64,000 nt of DNA from Phaeosaccion multiseriatum. Lineage: Eukaryota > Protista > Ochrophyta, other classes. A program made the translations under genes and the position numbers. The notes beneath the pieces were generated by a model, which was not told the origin of the DNA, searched no databases, and worked only from the letters and a program-made list of their open reading frames with translations. This document shows, in pieces, positions 34,440 through 52,439 of the stretch. Each line of letters opens with the position of its first letter. The stretch's first letter is position 1. Location of the stretch: NCBI GenBank assembly GCA_965112735.1, contig OZ218964.1, forward strand, positions 930,001 to 994,000. Direction: 5' to 3'.

Positions 34440-37400
34440 GCAGCAGAAGAGGAAGAGCCAGCAGCACCCGAGTGGTAGCGCCAGGGACAGCGTCACGCAG
34501 GTGGTCGAGAAGGGTGAAGGGGCAGCCGTACCAGCAGCACCAGCACCAGCAGACGCAGACGTAAGCTGGTCTCTATCGGAGCAGGAGCAGCAGTGGCGGC
34601 CGCGGCAGTATGAAGCAGATGGCGAGCAACGGGGACCGGCAGCGGAGGATTTCTTGCACAATTGGGAGGAAGAGGGGGGCGGCTCCGTAGACAAAAGAGG
34701 AAACGAGTCGCTCCTGGATGTGGAAGTAGTACCGCCCGCACACGTCTTGGACAGCCTGCGGGAGGAAGAGGGCGGTACCTCCCCAGTGCAGGAGCAGGAG
34801 GGAGAGGAGGGGGGCTCATCACAGAAGGCAGCAGCAGCAGCACCAGCCGCCGCGGTAGGGACGGAGACGGAGGAGCTGAGCGGCAGCTTCATTGACATGT
34901 TCAGAGGATCCACCCCGTACATCCGCGTGCACCGGGGGTCGGTTATGGTGGTGCACATTCCCGGAGAGGTCCTGGAGTCACCCTCGTTCCAACCCCTCAT
35001 GGACGATCTTGCCCTCACTTCCCTGCTCGGAGTGAGGTTGGTCATCGTGGTGGGGTCGCGTATGCAGACGGACCGCCTCCTAATGCGGCAGGGTATGGAG
35101 TGCCTGTACGCTGCGGACTACCGTGTCACCGACGTGGACACGCTGCGTGTGTGTAAGGAGGCGGCAGGCTTTGTCATGTTCGAGATGGAGAGTGCCCTCA
35201 CCCGTGGCTCCCGAGGGCGGGGACGTATGATGGGAGGGAAGGACGGGGCCATCAACGTGAGCACCGGCAACATGTACAGCGCTAGACCCATCGGAGTGAG
35301 GAACGGGGTGGACTACGGTTACAGCGGGGAGGTGCGCAGGATTGACTCCGACAAAATCGCGGCCAAGCTGGAGGAGGGAGAGGTGGTGTTGGTGAGTGAG
35401 TTAAGTGAATGAGTGTGCTTGACATAGGACAGAGGACAGAGGTTGGACGAGATAGGGTGTCCCAATGGATGGATGGATGGATGGATGGATGGATGGATGG
35501 ATGGATGGATGGATGGATGGATGGATGGGTCGGACGGAAGAGACAAACTGCCTGCCTGCCTGCCTGCCTGCCTTCTTGCCTACCTGCCTACCTGCCTTCC
35601 GGCCTCTCTTCGGTGGCCCTATTCCGTGGCCCAGCCCAATCGCGGTGAAACGGACCGACAGCCGGCAGCCACCTCTCTCCTTGCTTTTGCTGTGTGCGCT
35701 GTGTGCTGGCTAGGCCGACCTTACTCTACTCTCCGTTCGCTCTCTCTTCAGTGCTGACATCTCCCCCCCTCTGCTGTCTCCGCCACTACCCCACTAATCG
35801 GTTTCGTCCGGTCTCGGCCCTTCCCTTTCTTTTCTTGCCACCCAAAAGCTAACAAGCCTGGGGTTCAGCGCCAGCGGCGAGTTGTTCAACGTTGACACGG
35901 AAGCCCTCGCTGCCGACTGCGCAGCCGAGCTCAGAGCCAGCAAGCTCATCTACATCACAGAGGGGCAGCGGCTGAGGCGAAAGTCGTCGGGTGTGCCGGT
36001 TCAGTGTCTGAGGACAAGAGAGGCTGAGCGGCTGCTCAAGAAGCGCTGGCCCGAGAAGACGAACAACGGCAACTGTGTCGAGCTCACCTCCGTGCCCGCT
36101 TCGTCGATGGAGGGACCGCAGGTGAGGGGTGGGGGTGGGGTGGCGATCCCTGTCTATCTGTCTGTTGGGGTATGTTGGGCTTTGGTAGAGAGCGAGCGAT
36201 GATTCTCCGAGAACAAAACCCCAACCCGACGAATTGCCAACCCTCCGCCTACGTCTCAGCTTGGCCTGTCTCTTCTCTGCTCTGCCTGGGCCTTCCGCTC
36301 GCACCTGTATGTCACCCTCTTTCGCTCACGTCATTTACATCCTCTTACTCTCCTTCTTCCTCTGCTATTGTATCACCAACTGCTGCTTACTGCCTTGCCC
36401 TGCCACCCCGCCACAGGCCTTCTACGAGGCGCGCACCGTGAGCATTCTGCGTAACTGCGTCAGGGCTCTTCATCGGAAGGTGTCCCGCGCACACGTGGTG
36501 CCTCCTTACAGGTTGGCGACGCTCGCATGCAACTTGTCTACGTGGGGTAGGGTGGGCAGCCGCCTTTTCTTTCTTTTCCCTGTAACCCCCACCACCGAGC
36601 GTATACCCCGCTCCCTCCCCTCCCTCCTCCCTTGTTCACTCACTCCCTCCCTCCCTCCCTCCCTCCCTCGCTGCCTCTCTCCCTCCCTTGCTCCCTCTTT
36701 CCTCCCTCCTCCCTCACCTGTTGTTGTTCGTGTTTTGTTTCTTTGGTTTCGCCCCCCCCCCGAAAGTGGCGATCTGTTGCAAGAGCTCTTTACGCGAGAG
36801 GGCAGTGGCCTCTTGATCTCGAGGGACGTTTATGACGGCATCAGGCCCGCGGGGAAGGCCGATCTCAAGGGCATTCGGAACATCATTCGCCCCCTGGAGG
36901 AGGAGGTGAGTGAGGAATGAATGAATTAGTGAGTGAGTGAGTGAGTGAGTGAGTGAATGAGTGAGTGAGTGAGTGAGTGAGTGAGTGAGTGAATGAGTGA
37001 GTGAGTGAGTGGGTAAGGGAGGGAGGGAGTGAGTGCGTGAGGTAGGTAGATAGGTAGGGAGGGAGGGAGGGAGGGAGGGAGGGAGGAATCAGTGAGTCAG
37101 TGAGGGAGGGAGATGACCGAGAGCACGCATGAGAAAGGCCACGGGGGTCGCACTCAAAATGGGATGACTTGTACGTGTACCTGGAGAGAGAACGGCAGGG
37201 AATTTACTCCTTTCCCTACTCTGCTCTGCCCTGTTCTCCTCTTGTCTACCCTGCTGCGTCTTTCAGGGGATATTGGTGCCTCGGCCCGAGGACAAGCTGC
37301 TCCAGGACCTCAAGAACTTTTTTGTCGTCACCAAGGTCAGTCACTTAGTCAGTCAGTCATTCAGTCAGTGAGGTAGTCAGCCAAGCAGTGGGTGAGTGAG

Positions 37401-37671
37401 TGGGTGTGGGTCCCCTGTCTGGGGCCTGGTGTAGCCGTCTTGGATGAACGAATGACGAGCCTGAGGCCTGAGGCCTGAAGCCTCGGGCCGTGGGGCGGCT
37501 GATTCCTCCATTCCGCTCTCCTCTCCCGCCCTTCACGAGGAGGTGGAGCCCTCTCCTCAACGGCGCCTCTCCTGCCGCCCCTGCCCATATGCCCTGACCA
37601 CGTCCATGCCCACATACCTATCCCCTCCCCCTGTCTCACTCCCTGCCTTGATGCTTGTCTGTCTGCCTGCC

Positions 37672-37733
<62 letters not shown>

Positions 37734-37799
37734 CCTGTCTGTCTGTCTGTCTGTCTGTCTGTCTGCCTGTCTGTCTACTTGTCTGTCTGTCTGTCTGCC

Positions 37800-37840
<41 letters not shown>

Positions 37841-38554
37841 GCCTGTCTGTCTGTCTGTCTGTCTGCCTGTCTGTTTGCCTGTCTCCCTCCCTCCCTGCCT
37901 GCCTGCCTGCCTGCGTGTCTACCTACCTGCAGGACGACAAGACCCTGGCCTGCGCCTGCTTGACACGCTACTCCGGCGGCGCAGCGGAGATCTCCTGTCT
38001 TGCCGTGGATCCCGTACATCGCAAGAGAGGCCGGGGGGATGCCCTGTTGAGCTTCTGCGAGAGGGTGGCCTTCGAGGCAGGCATCGCTGTCGTGTTCGTG
38101 CTCTCCACGAGGACCATGCAGGTATATAGGTTATAGGTTGGGGTAGTTGTAGGCGGTGGTGGTGGTGGCGCAAAGGTGCAATCTGAGGCTGTAACTGTCC
38201 ACTTCCACCCCCAAGCTCTCTCTATCCTTCCTCCCCCATTTCCCCCTCTATATTGTTTGTATTGTCTGCGCCCCCTCTCTTTGCGTTTTCTCTTGCCGTC
38301 TGTACGTGTGCACTCTCTTTACACGTGCCTTCCGTCTTCCGCCTTTCACCTTCATCCCTCTCTCTCTCTCTCTCTCTCTCTTTCATCGTCATCATCATCA
38401 GTGGTTTCTGGAGCACGGCTACATGGAGGTGTCTCCAGACGCTCTCCCTGGTGACCGCGTGGCGTGGGACAACCGGCGCCGAAGCAAGGTGTACATGAAG
38501 AAGCTCAAGTCGTCCCGGCAGATGGACATGGAGGAGATGATGTGGAACCTTTAG
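34108..38554 (+). CDS. argA: N-acetylglutamate synthase (amino-acid kinase + GNAT domains), predicted plastid-targeted
   Basis: 7 exons. [60 protein letters not shown]...[29 protein letters not shown]-terminus [22 protein letters not shown] is a signal peptide with +1 Phe. Confidence 0.92.
37657..37880 (+). repeat. (GTCT)n microsatellite, intronic
   Basis: Direct inspection. Confidence 0.95.
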
Positions 38555-39345
38555 CTCATACTTGCCTACTTACCTAACTCACCTACCTACCTACCTACCT
38601 ACCTACCTATCTATCTATCTACCTACCTAAGTACGGACCTACCTATCTCTCTAACGACCTGCTCCCTCCCCATCTGCCTAGTGGGTAGGAGGGAGGGAAC
38701 AGCTTAGCGATGCGGTTGAGGGCAGGAGGAACGAAGGGGAGGAGCGGGAGGAGCGGGAGGAACGGGGGGAAGCCCTTTTATGCGATGTACAAGTCGTATC
38801 GATTTATCGAGGCCATACTCAGACGAGAGGAGCGAGGAAAGACGGGGTCGGTGGGATTGGAGAGCAGCGATGGGTGAAGAGAGTAGCAGCAGCGCCAGCA
38901 GGGGCAGCACCAGCGCCAGCACCAGCGACAGGGGGGGGGGGGGGAGAGGTGAAGGAGATGCGTAACCGTCCCTCTCCGCCCTGGGCCCTGGGCCGTCCTC
39001 CAGCCTTTTTATGACATGAGAGTTTCCTCCCAGGGGGAACACGGCACCATTGGTAGGCAGCCGCGCCTTGGTGTATTGTAAGCACTGAGCATTTTTGAGA
39101 ATTTACTCTGAGAGAGGGAGGAGTGGGTGGTGTAAGAGCACGAGGAGGGAAGGGTCTCAGAGAGGGAGGAGGAGTGGGTGGTTTAAGAGTACGAGGGAGG
39201 GAAGGAAGGGGAAAGGGGAAGTGAAGTTCTCCTCCTCGACATTTTTGCACATCAGCAGGCTTTTACTAAAGTATCTACTTCGACGTATTATTTTTTATTT
39301 GAAAATTGAAGTACCATTTATTGAAAATGCCCCTTTCTCAGGCCT

Positions 39346-42300
39346 TCAGTCGGCCCACCTCCTCTCCCGCGGAGGTCCCCCTCCCTCCCCCCGCCCCCGC
39401 CCTCCTCCTCTCCCCCCTCGGCCTCCTCCTCCTCGTCCTCTTCCTCCTCCCCGTCCTCTTCCTCCTCCTCGTCCTCGTCCTCCTCCTCCTCCTCCGAAAG
39501 GGACTGCTGACCCAACGTCGGCCTCCCAACTACGGTCTCCACCTTCGAAACTTCGATCCTGAACTCTCTCAAGGACACTTTGCGCCTCCCCTGCCCACCT
39601 CCGCTCTATAGGGAGGCGTGATGGCGACTCGCGCTGTCCTCCTTCTCTTCCGCCTCCTCTCCCTCCCATCCTTCCTCCTCCTCCTCGTCCTCCTCCTCCT
39701 CCTCCTCTGCCATCCCATTCTTCGTCTGTCCCTCTCCCACCACCTCCTCCTCTCCCTCCCATCCTTCCTCCTCCTCCTCCTCCTCTTCCTCCTCTTCCTC
39801 CTCTGTTGTCCCATTCTCCTTCTCTCCCTCGCCCCCCTCCTCCTCTCCCTCCTCTGCCACCACCCCCTCTTCCCCTCATGCCCTCGCCTTGTCGTCTATC
39901 TTCCCCAAAGCCGTCTCTATCCATCCGCCCCTCCCTGCCACCGCCCCCTCTCCCGCCGCCTCCTCCCCTCCCCGCCCCTCCCTCCCAACCCCCGAACCTC
40001 CCTTCGAAGATGTCATCACCCCCTCGTTGCTCTCCGCCTGCCCCCCCTGAGCCTGCCCCCCCGGAGCCTGCCCAGGCCCCTCTCCGCAACTTCCTCGCTC
40101 GTATGTGCTCGGTGGTAAAATGCATGATGCTGCTGTAGCCCCTCTCCATCTCTGCAGCTGCTACTGCTCCTACTTCCTGGTCTGACCCCCCCCCCACCTC
40201 CACCTCTTGCTCCTCTCTCTTCTCCTCCTCCACATCTTGCTCCTCCTCTCCGCCGTTTGCTCCAGCGCCCACAATCTCGTCCAGTACGGAGTCAAAGTCC
40301 TCGACATCCGCAGCAACAGGACTCCCCATCTGGTCGTCGCCAACACGCACACTCTCCTCCCCATCGGTAGCATTATCGACTGCGGCATTGTCGACATTGA
40401 TATCGACATCGACATCGTGCCTCGACATTGTGAACTCCTGCCCCGCGGCCACTCCCCTGACCAAATCGCCGATGTGAAGCATTCTCGAGGGGCGAATGCC
40501 AAGTTCTCGGTACTCCTCTTCGGTTGCCTGCGTGCGCCGAGAGAGGAGAGACGAGAGAGGAGAGGAGAATCCGACAGGTGTGGGTGGGTGAGCGAACGTG
40601 GCAACATCCCACACAAGCAAGAGGGGCGGCCCAGGGGGGACACAGGGAGAGGGGGTGGTAACAGTCAAACAGTCAGTGGGGGTGCTTAATCATAGTGACC
40701 GTAAGTCGCACGCACTCGATAACGTAAAGATGGGTAGGGCCAAGAGACATAGGGAGAAGGGTGAAGTAAGGTGAATGAGGTTTGGCAGCCCAAGCACCAA
40801 ACAAGCCCAACAAACACGAACGAGAACGAAAAGGGAGGGAGGAGTAGTGGTCTGAATTGCTCTGATCGTAGTCTTCTTACCTCTCCCCGAATGTACAGCA
40901 CCCCCCTGTCAATTCCGTTTAGATTCGCGGCCTTGGTGAGCTGTTTGTTGGGTCTCAGCAGGTGCTCCACCCACCCAATGAACTGGGGTAGGGACGTCAC
41001 CGCCCGCCCGAGCACGTAGTCGTACTTGCCCTTGAGCTGTGTGCGAAAGAGGAGAGAGAAGAGAGAGAGAGAGAGAGGAGCGCAAATTGAAGTCGGACTT
41101 TTCGCAGAATATGCTGAACTGCAGCGGTACCGTAACCTTTGTGATTGCAAAGCAGAGAACTGAAACTGCACACTCTTAACAGAGGGGAACGGAGGGGGGG
41201 GGGGGGGGCGTGGCGGAGGGTGATGCCCCTACTGCTCCCCATCCCCCTCCCATCCTGCTGCTATCCCTCCCTTCTGCCCCTGACTGCCCCTGACCGACTC
41301 ACCTCCTCGGCTCTCACATGACGAGCCTCCACATTGGTCAGTCCCATCTGCTGAATGATGTCGGAAACCACCATTATCTTCTTGCCTGCAAGGGTGGCAG
41401 ACAAAGGTAGGGAGGGAGGGAGGGAGGGAGGGAGGTTGAGAGAAGGGAGAGAGAGTGGGAGAGAGAGAGAGGGGGGGGGGAGGAGGGAGGGAGAGAGAGA
41501 GAGAGGGAGGGAGGGAGGGAGGGAGGGGCGGACGGACGGGGGGAGGAAGGGATGGAGGGACGGAGGAAGTTCAGACGTACGTACGCAGCATGTGGCCCTG
41601 TTGAGGCGAATGATTGTGTACTCATGAAATCAGGCTCTCGCGATCTCCAAGCCAAAACTCAAACCCCCCCACGCCCCCTGCCCTACCCGCCCTGAGGAGC
41701 TGCAGATAGGCAGACCAACTCTACTTACTGCGTGCGTCGATGAGGGTGAAGCGGGCCTTAGGGTAGCAGATGGCCAGGGGAAGACCCGGGAGGCCACCCC
41801 CCGTCCCCACGTCTACAATCTCCACCCTGTCCCCGAAGGAGAGCGCCTTGGCCATGGCTAGGCAGGGGATGATGTGCCTCTGCAGGAGGTTGTCGATGTC
41901 CTTCCTGCTGATAAGGTTCACCTGGCGAGAGAGTAGTGTAGTGGCAGCAGTGGATGGGGCATACATACAGCAGCAGCAAGAGTAACGGCATCCACACCAC
42001 CAGCACCAGCAGCAGCAGCAGGAGCAGCAGCAGCAGCAGCAGCAGGCGAATCGAAAAGAGTCAGAACGATGGGCAAGTGAACGAACGCGTGCTGCCAGAG
42101 CGAGCAAAGATAAAGATGACAACAGCCACAGCATCATTCCCACCTTCGTGTTCCAAGTTGCGATGTGGAGAGTCAGTTTAGACATGTCCTCCCACTGCTC
42201 GGGGGTCATGAAGGGCAGTAGGCTCTTGACATCTGCCGGCAGGTCCTGGCCAGGCTGCCAATCGACGAAGCTCTCCTCGGAGATCGCGCCCCGTTCTGCC

Positions 42301-42806
42301 GATCCTCCTGCTGCTGCTGTGGTGGCTGCAAGTGGCGGTGGTGAGGATGAGTCTCTTCCCTCTTCCCCTGCTTCCGCTCCTCCTTCATCCATTGCTGCAC
42401 TGCCCAGTCTGACAGACGGATACGCTCGAGAAGAGCCACCACCAGCTGCAGCAGAGTCGACGCCAATACCCCCTGCAGCACCAGCAGCACTGCAGACGCT
42501 CTGGAAACTCTGCCGCTGCTGGTTGTGGTGGTGTTGACGCCTTCGCACAGCAAGAGGAGCCTGGAAGGCGCAAAGGCCTCTCTGCCCATCGCTGTGCTGC
42601 CCTCGCCCCTGACCGGAAAAGCAAAGCCCACAGAACCCTACGGCGTCTCCAGCAACCCCTCCACTGCGATCAGCAGTAGCTGAAGCTACCGCAGCAGCAG
42701 CAGGAGCAGTGCTGCGCGGGGGCAGCAGGCCCAGAGACGAAGCTGTGGCCCTGGAGAGCCACAGCGACACAGAGGATCCCATCCCCAGCCATGTCGAAAT
42801 CATCAT
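39346..42806 (-). CDS. rsmG: 16S rRNA m7G527 methyltransferase RsmG/GidB with long acidic and RGG-rich C-terminal extension
   Basis: 5 exons. WNTK|VNLISRKD, RHIIPCL, VDVGTGGGLPGLPLAICYP, LIDARSKK, RAEE, YDYVLGRAV. Last exon (~40527-39346) is Gly/Arg-rich. Confidence 0.85.
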
Positions 42807-43068
42807 AGCTTCTCTCACGCTACTGCAGTCTCGCAGTCAAGCCCACTTAGGGACTTAGTGCAGGAGGAGAAGAAGGTGAATGAGGGAGAGGCTAGATGGT
42901 GCACCATCTGTTGCCATCTTCCGTTTCCCCTTTTTTTTTTTCTTTCCTCTTCTTTTATTTTCATTTCCCTCTTCCCTCCTTCAACCAAGTACTGTAACCA
43001 CTCAGGGTAGGCGAAAGAAAGCAACAACCCTACAAGCCTATACAATGCTCGAAGATCAGGAGGCGGCG

Positions 43069-43782
43069 TCAACTGCCACCACCCCCGTAGAAGTGAGCCA
43101 AGGCCGTCGGAGCCCCCTCGGGCAACGCCTTGCCCTTCCCCTTGCTGCTGAGTGTGCTCCCCTCCTCCCTCTGCTGCCACCCCTTGCCTCCTTCCTCCTT
43201 CTCCTGCTGCTGCCCCCCAGCCTGCCCCTGCCCCTGCTGCTGCTGCTGCTGCTTGGCCGCTCTCTCCCTCTCTGCCTTCTGCTTGGCCCGAAGCTTCACC
43301 GTGCCCTCATCCACCACATTCTTCTGCTTCCGGCCCAACTTTTTGCCAATCTTGCTCTTTCCACGCATCTTCTTCTTCTCCTTCTTCTCTTTCTTGGGCC
43401 TTGTGTCCGCCTCCTCCGCTATCTGCCGCATCTCGTCCTGCAACATGTTGGGGTCGTCGTCCACCCCCCCAATAAACGAGTCTTGCCGCAGCACTATCGT
43501 CTCTGGCTGGAGCTTTTCAATCAGGCTCCTCACCTCCGTTTCCCTCCTCTGAAGCCTCGACTGGAAAGGGTTCGCCTCAAAGGTATCGAAGTTCGCCTCC
43601 CCCGCTCCGGGCACCACCATCGACGAGAAACCTCCTCCATGGCCCAGTCCCAAGCTATCCTCCAACGGGCGGAACACGGCGCGGTGAATGTCGTTACTCC
43701 CTGCCGCGCCTCCGGTCACCTGGTGCGTCAGGTATGGTGCCTGAGAGGTACATTGGAAACAACAACAACAATAATAACAAGG

Positions 43783-43817
<35 letters not shown>

Positions 43818-43827
43818 AATAACAAGG

Positions 43828-43859
<32 letters not shown>

Positions 43860-43869
43860 AATAACAAGG

Positions 43870-43912
<43 letters not shown>

Positions 43913-46459
43913 AAAGGACGATTGAGCTAAGATTGCAGGCTCGAAAGGAAGGAAGGGCCGGAGGGACACGAAAGGAGGGGGGGGGGGGGTAGAGGCAGAG
44001 GGAAGGAAGGGCAAGGAAGACTACCACACTTGAGAGAAAGACACCGAGCAAGACAAGGCATACCAGCCCTGACAGCAGCAGCATAAGCGCGTCAGCACAC
44101 TAGCAACAAGCCCAAAGGACCTCCTCTCCCCAGCCCCCCCCCCCCGCTCTTCCCTTCCTCCGCCTCCCCTCTCCTTCTCCCTCGCCGCACCTTGGCCTTG
44201 ACGGATAGCGCATCCCGCCAAACCTGCACGTGAGGGCCGTAGCCGAGCGCAAGCATGCCCGAGTCTGAAATGTCCAAGCTTGTCGGGGCCTTGGGGGATA
44301 GGTACCCGTGCAGCTCCTGCAAAGGAAGGCAAGGCGGTTCAGGGCATTTAAGGGCATTGTGGTGTTTAGTACGCAGTACGCAGTGTGCAGTGTGCAGTGT
44401 GCAGTGTCAGTGTCAGTGTCAGGTCAGAGTGCTCCACTGTGTGTCCGGATGGTTCAAAAGCGGGGTGGCCGCGTGTGAGGCTCACACGTTCCACGAGAGA
44501 GCAGAGCGAAGCAGAGCCAAGCAATGGGGATGGGGAAAGGACATCGTCTGCCTCTAGTCTTTCTCTTGCAAAAACAGACGTCTCTAGTTCTCTGAGCCAG
44601 TCAGTTGAAACGCGTCTTGCTCTCCAAGCCAGTCCGTCGAGACGACTCTTGCTCTTCATGTGAGTGAACATGCTTGCTCTTCTTACCTTGAATGTCCTTA
44701 GGTCCCACACCTTGGTCTGTCCGTCCTTGCCGGCCGTAGCCATATAGTTGCCCCCCCTGTCCACCCCCAGAGCCGTCACCGGGCCCTGCCCCCCGCCGCC
44801 ACATACCGCAGAAAGAGAGGGGGAGAGAGAGGGCGAAGACGAATACGAACAGCAGAGGGGTGGGGACCAGGACCGAAGAATGGTGGAGCGAAGAATGGGG
44901 TCAACTTTGTAATTTGTGTTTGTCACATCGGAACGAGCGAAGACCCGTTGTTGTGCAGCACATCAATACGAGTTTACCCCTCCCCCCCCCCCGCACACAC
45001 ACACACACACACACACACCCGCGCCCTCACCTGGTGGCAAAGCATCCTGACGAGCGGCTTGGGCATGGTGGGGGCCCACATAGTCACCACTCCGTTCGAG
45101 TGCCCGGCATGCAGCACGGCTGAGGAAGGGTTCTGCTTGAGACAGTCGCAGATGCCCAGGCCTGTGCGCAGCTCCGAGACGAGCTGCCCCGTGCTAATGT
45201 CCTGGTACTTGAGATAGCCTGTGCGGCCCACAGACGCCAACAGAAAGTGGTAAGGGAGGAACTCCAGACGGTAGGGCTCCTGGTGCTTGCGGAGGCAATG
45301 CACTTCTGCACCCTGTGAGGCACGGGGGAGAGAGGGAAGAGGAGGGGTGAGAGGTGGGGCGGGGGGGGGGGGAGAGGGGGTTGAGCGTGTGCATCTGCGC
45401 GCGATACAATGTCCCCGAGGAGGGAGGAGGGGGAGAGGAGGGGAGAGAGGAGGATAGAGGAGGAATCTGTCTGTCTGTGTCGTACGTACAGCGCCCTTTG
45501 AAGCGGAAGTAATTTCGCCCACAAGGGAAGAAAGAGAAGACGATCTCTCTCTACCCCTACCCCCCCCCCTCTCTGTCCCTCCCTCTCTCTCTCTCTCTCA
45601 CAAGAGGCCGTCCGCTTACTTGCGAGTCGTAAATGTACACGTATTTCTTCTGCGCCACGGCCACGAAGTTCTCATTGTGCAGCGCACGCACGTCGCGGAT
45701 CGTCTCCTTGAGCTGCACCTCCATCAACACGTCCATTCGGAGGGCGTCCAGCATGGCCAGGTGGCCCCTCCGCCCACCCAGTATCAGGAAGCGCCCGTTC
45801 CGTGTGTAGTCTATGCAGTACGGCCCCAGGTCCGGTAGGGAGAGGTCGAAGACGTTGTGTGCCGTGTTGAGGTCCAGATGCTCCTGCGAGGCAATTGCGG
45901 TGATATGGTGAGGCGTGATGATGGGGCTGTGGGGTATGCACACATATATCTTGACCCTCTGCGGGAAAGGCTTGGGCCAGGCCTGTATCCTCTTTCCCTT
46001 TCTAGGGGCACGGGGCACACACACACACAAGTTGCTACGCTTCCTTCTCAACACAAGTCCCTGTCTCACCTTAATGTCCTTCTGCTTGAAGCGGTGCGTC
46101 TTTTCCATCCCCTCTGCCTCCAGGTAGCCCGCATCTTCTGGCAGCGCAATCTCGGCCTGCGCTGCCCGCTGACTCGCTTGCGCATACTTGACCTCCTGCC
46201 TCCGGATGGTGGTGCGCACCCGCCGGTCCTTAAAGGACTGCTTCGAGGTCAGGTTTCCCTCTCCTCGCACGTACTTGCTCAGCGTGGCCTCGTCCGCTGG
46301 AGGAGCATGGCTGGGGCGGTCGAGCTCAGCGTCAAAAGCGGCGTTGGGAGCACGGCTCTTCCGGCCTGATCCACGGTCACCACCCCTTCCTCCTCCTCCT
46401 GCTTCTGATGATGATGATGAAGGATTCGCCCTTTTCCTGCCCCTCTTCTTCGCCTCCAT
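43069..46459 (-). CDS. WDR46: WD-repeat protein 46 / Utp7 (SSU processome); an alternative in-frame ATG lies at 46546
   Basis: EDAGYLEAEGMEKTHRFKQ, LGPYCIDYTRNGR, AVAQKKYVYIYD, LEFLPYHFLL, GHSNGVVTMW, and BING4CT motif VPGAGEANFDTFEANPFQ..QRRETEVRSLIEKLQPETI. Confidence 0.93.
43757..43912 (+). repeat. (AAC)n microsatellite with a higher-order AATAATAACAAGGAC unit (3 copies), intronic
   Basis: Direct inspection. Confidence 0.93.
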
Positions 46460-46646
46460 CGCTTTTCTCTGTGCTCTCTTTCGCTCGGCACCGCACCGCC
46501 AAATCCACCCAAAATATCCCAGAGCGGAGTCCGTACTTGTTGACATAATGCTCGGGGGGAAACGTGAAAACTTCCCCCCCTCATCAATCACCCGTTATAA
46601 TCCCCCTTTTGGTGCTGACTGTGTGGAACTATCGCACCGGCCCAGC
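46460..46646. promoter_or_regulatory. Probable compact bidirectional promoter between WDR46 and ovoA
   Basis: Divergent starts only 100-187 bp apart, depending on which WDR46 ATG is used. Confidence 0.55.
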
Positions 46647-50845
<4,199 letters not shown>

Positions 50846-51062
50846 TTGAGGGCAGCAGCAGCGGCAGCAGCGGAGGACTCTGCAGCACACACCTCTTTCA
50901 CTCAAAGTGGGCACTGTTAGTGAATTTTAAAATGAGGAAGTTGAAGAGAAACAAAAAAAACCTAAGCGTGTTGGTAATCCATTCCCCCCCAAATGGATCA
51001 TTGTTGCTGCTGCCGGCCGGCCAGCGAGCATCTTATAGCTAAGCTCAACCAAACAGCATATC

Positions 51063-52114
51063 ATGTCTTCCACAATCCCACTCGGAGTCGACACCGACGA
51101 TTCGGCAGCCCCGATACATAGCACTCCCCCCGGCATCGCCACCCACTCAGAGGCAGACTCAGAGCCACAAGAGGAGCAGCAGCCACCGTCATCTTTCGCC
51201 TGTCGCAAGTGTCGGAAGGAGGTCTTCACGTCAAAGGACTTGGAAGTCGAGCAGCATCGGAAGGCTGAGCACGGGTTCAACAGAAGACAGGTAGAAGAAG
51301 GAGAAAAAAAGGGAAAAAAAAGAAGGGAGAGGGGAAAAAAAAAATCCTCTCTCCCTCTCACTCTCTCATACACACACTTTGTCCCTTTTTCTCTCCCTCT
51401 GTCTCTCTCTCCTACAGGCTGGTGGGTGGGTCCCCGGAGGCTTCCGTGGCTCAGTGTGCTCGTCCTACTTCCTCGCCACGCCAACGGCCTGGATGGAGGG
51501 GCAAACTAAAGACGCCAATGGCAAGCTCGTGTGCCCCAACCAGCGTTGTAAGGCCCGTCTGGGCAGCTACAGCTGGGTAGGCTCGCAGTGCTCCTGCGGC
51601 ACTTGGATCACTCCGGCGCTGCAAGTCACCATCAGCAAAGTGGTGAGTGCAGTGTGTGGCACTTGGGCCCAAACCTTCCGTCTGATTGCTGCTTTAGCGA
51701 CCACGGGGGACGCTTGTTCATCGCGACCCAGTCAAGAGGTCCAACTGCCATCCCTCTAGCCCCGCATGTTACGTCTTCCCGTCACCCCCCCTCCCACCAT
51801 CTCTCCCTACACATGCATCTCTCTTTCCGTCTCTCTTTCCCCCTCCAATCTCTCTCCTGTCCGCTGACTGTCTCCCTCTCCCTCTCTCTCCCTCCACACG
51901 CCCCCCCTCCCTCTCTCTCTTCCTCTCTGTCTCTCCGTCTGCTGACTCTCCCTCTTGCGCGCCCTCTCTCTCCCTTCCTCTCTGTGACGATCAGGACGAA
52001 AAGAAGTACACTGCGCCTGGTGCTCCTCTCCCGGGGATGGTGATTCATTCTTCGCTACAGGAAGCAACCTCCGCAGCAGCAGACACCGACGGGGAGGGGA
52101 AGAGCTCCGGCTGA
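51063..52114 (+). CDS. Stand-alone YVH1/DUSP12-type C-terminal zinc-binding domain protein with no phosphatase domain
   Basis: Exons 51063-51290, 51418-51642, 51995-52114. FACRKCRK..F...H...CSSYF...WM...GKLVCPNQRCKARLGSYSWVGSQCSCGTWITPALQVTISKVD. Confidence 0.85.
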
Positions 52115-52439
52115 AGCTTCGCCATCGCCTGTAGCAGTACTGGCAGGCAACCCCTTCCATCGGGTCAGGCAACAGGAACCTTGTAGGAGCCTCTCGGCCA
52201 TGAGCGCAGCCCCAGAGAGGAGAAGGTCGATGCGTGAGAAGCCCCTGCAGTTAGGCCACGGATGGTTTGCCTTGCGCCCTGCCTGCCCCGTACGGAGTAT
52301 AGAGGGCTCTCGAGCGTTGAAGACCGGCCCTTAAGCGCCCCAACAGCAGGCCAGTAGGTACGCCTTGCCCACTCGCCCGGGGCCAGAGAGCGGTGTCATC
52401 TTGCACGCGGTGATAAGGGGTGGTGGGGTGCAGGCTTGG

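Noticed and set aside
42880-43992. 370-aa plus-strand ORF
   Set aside because: Antisense to the last WDR46 exon plus an (AAC)n intron repeat.
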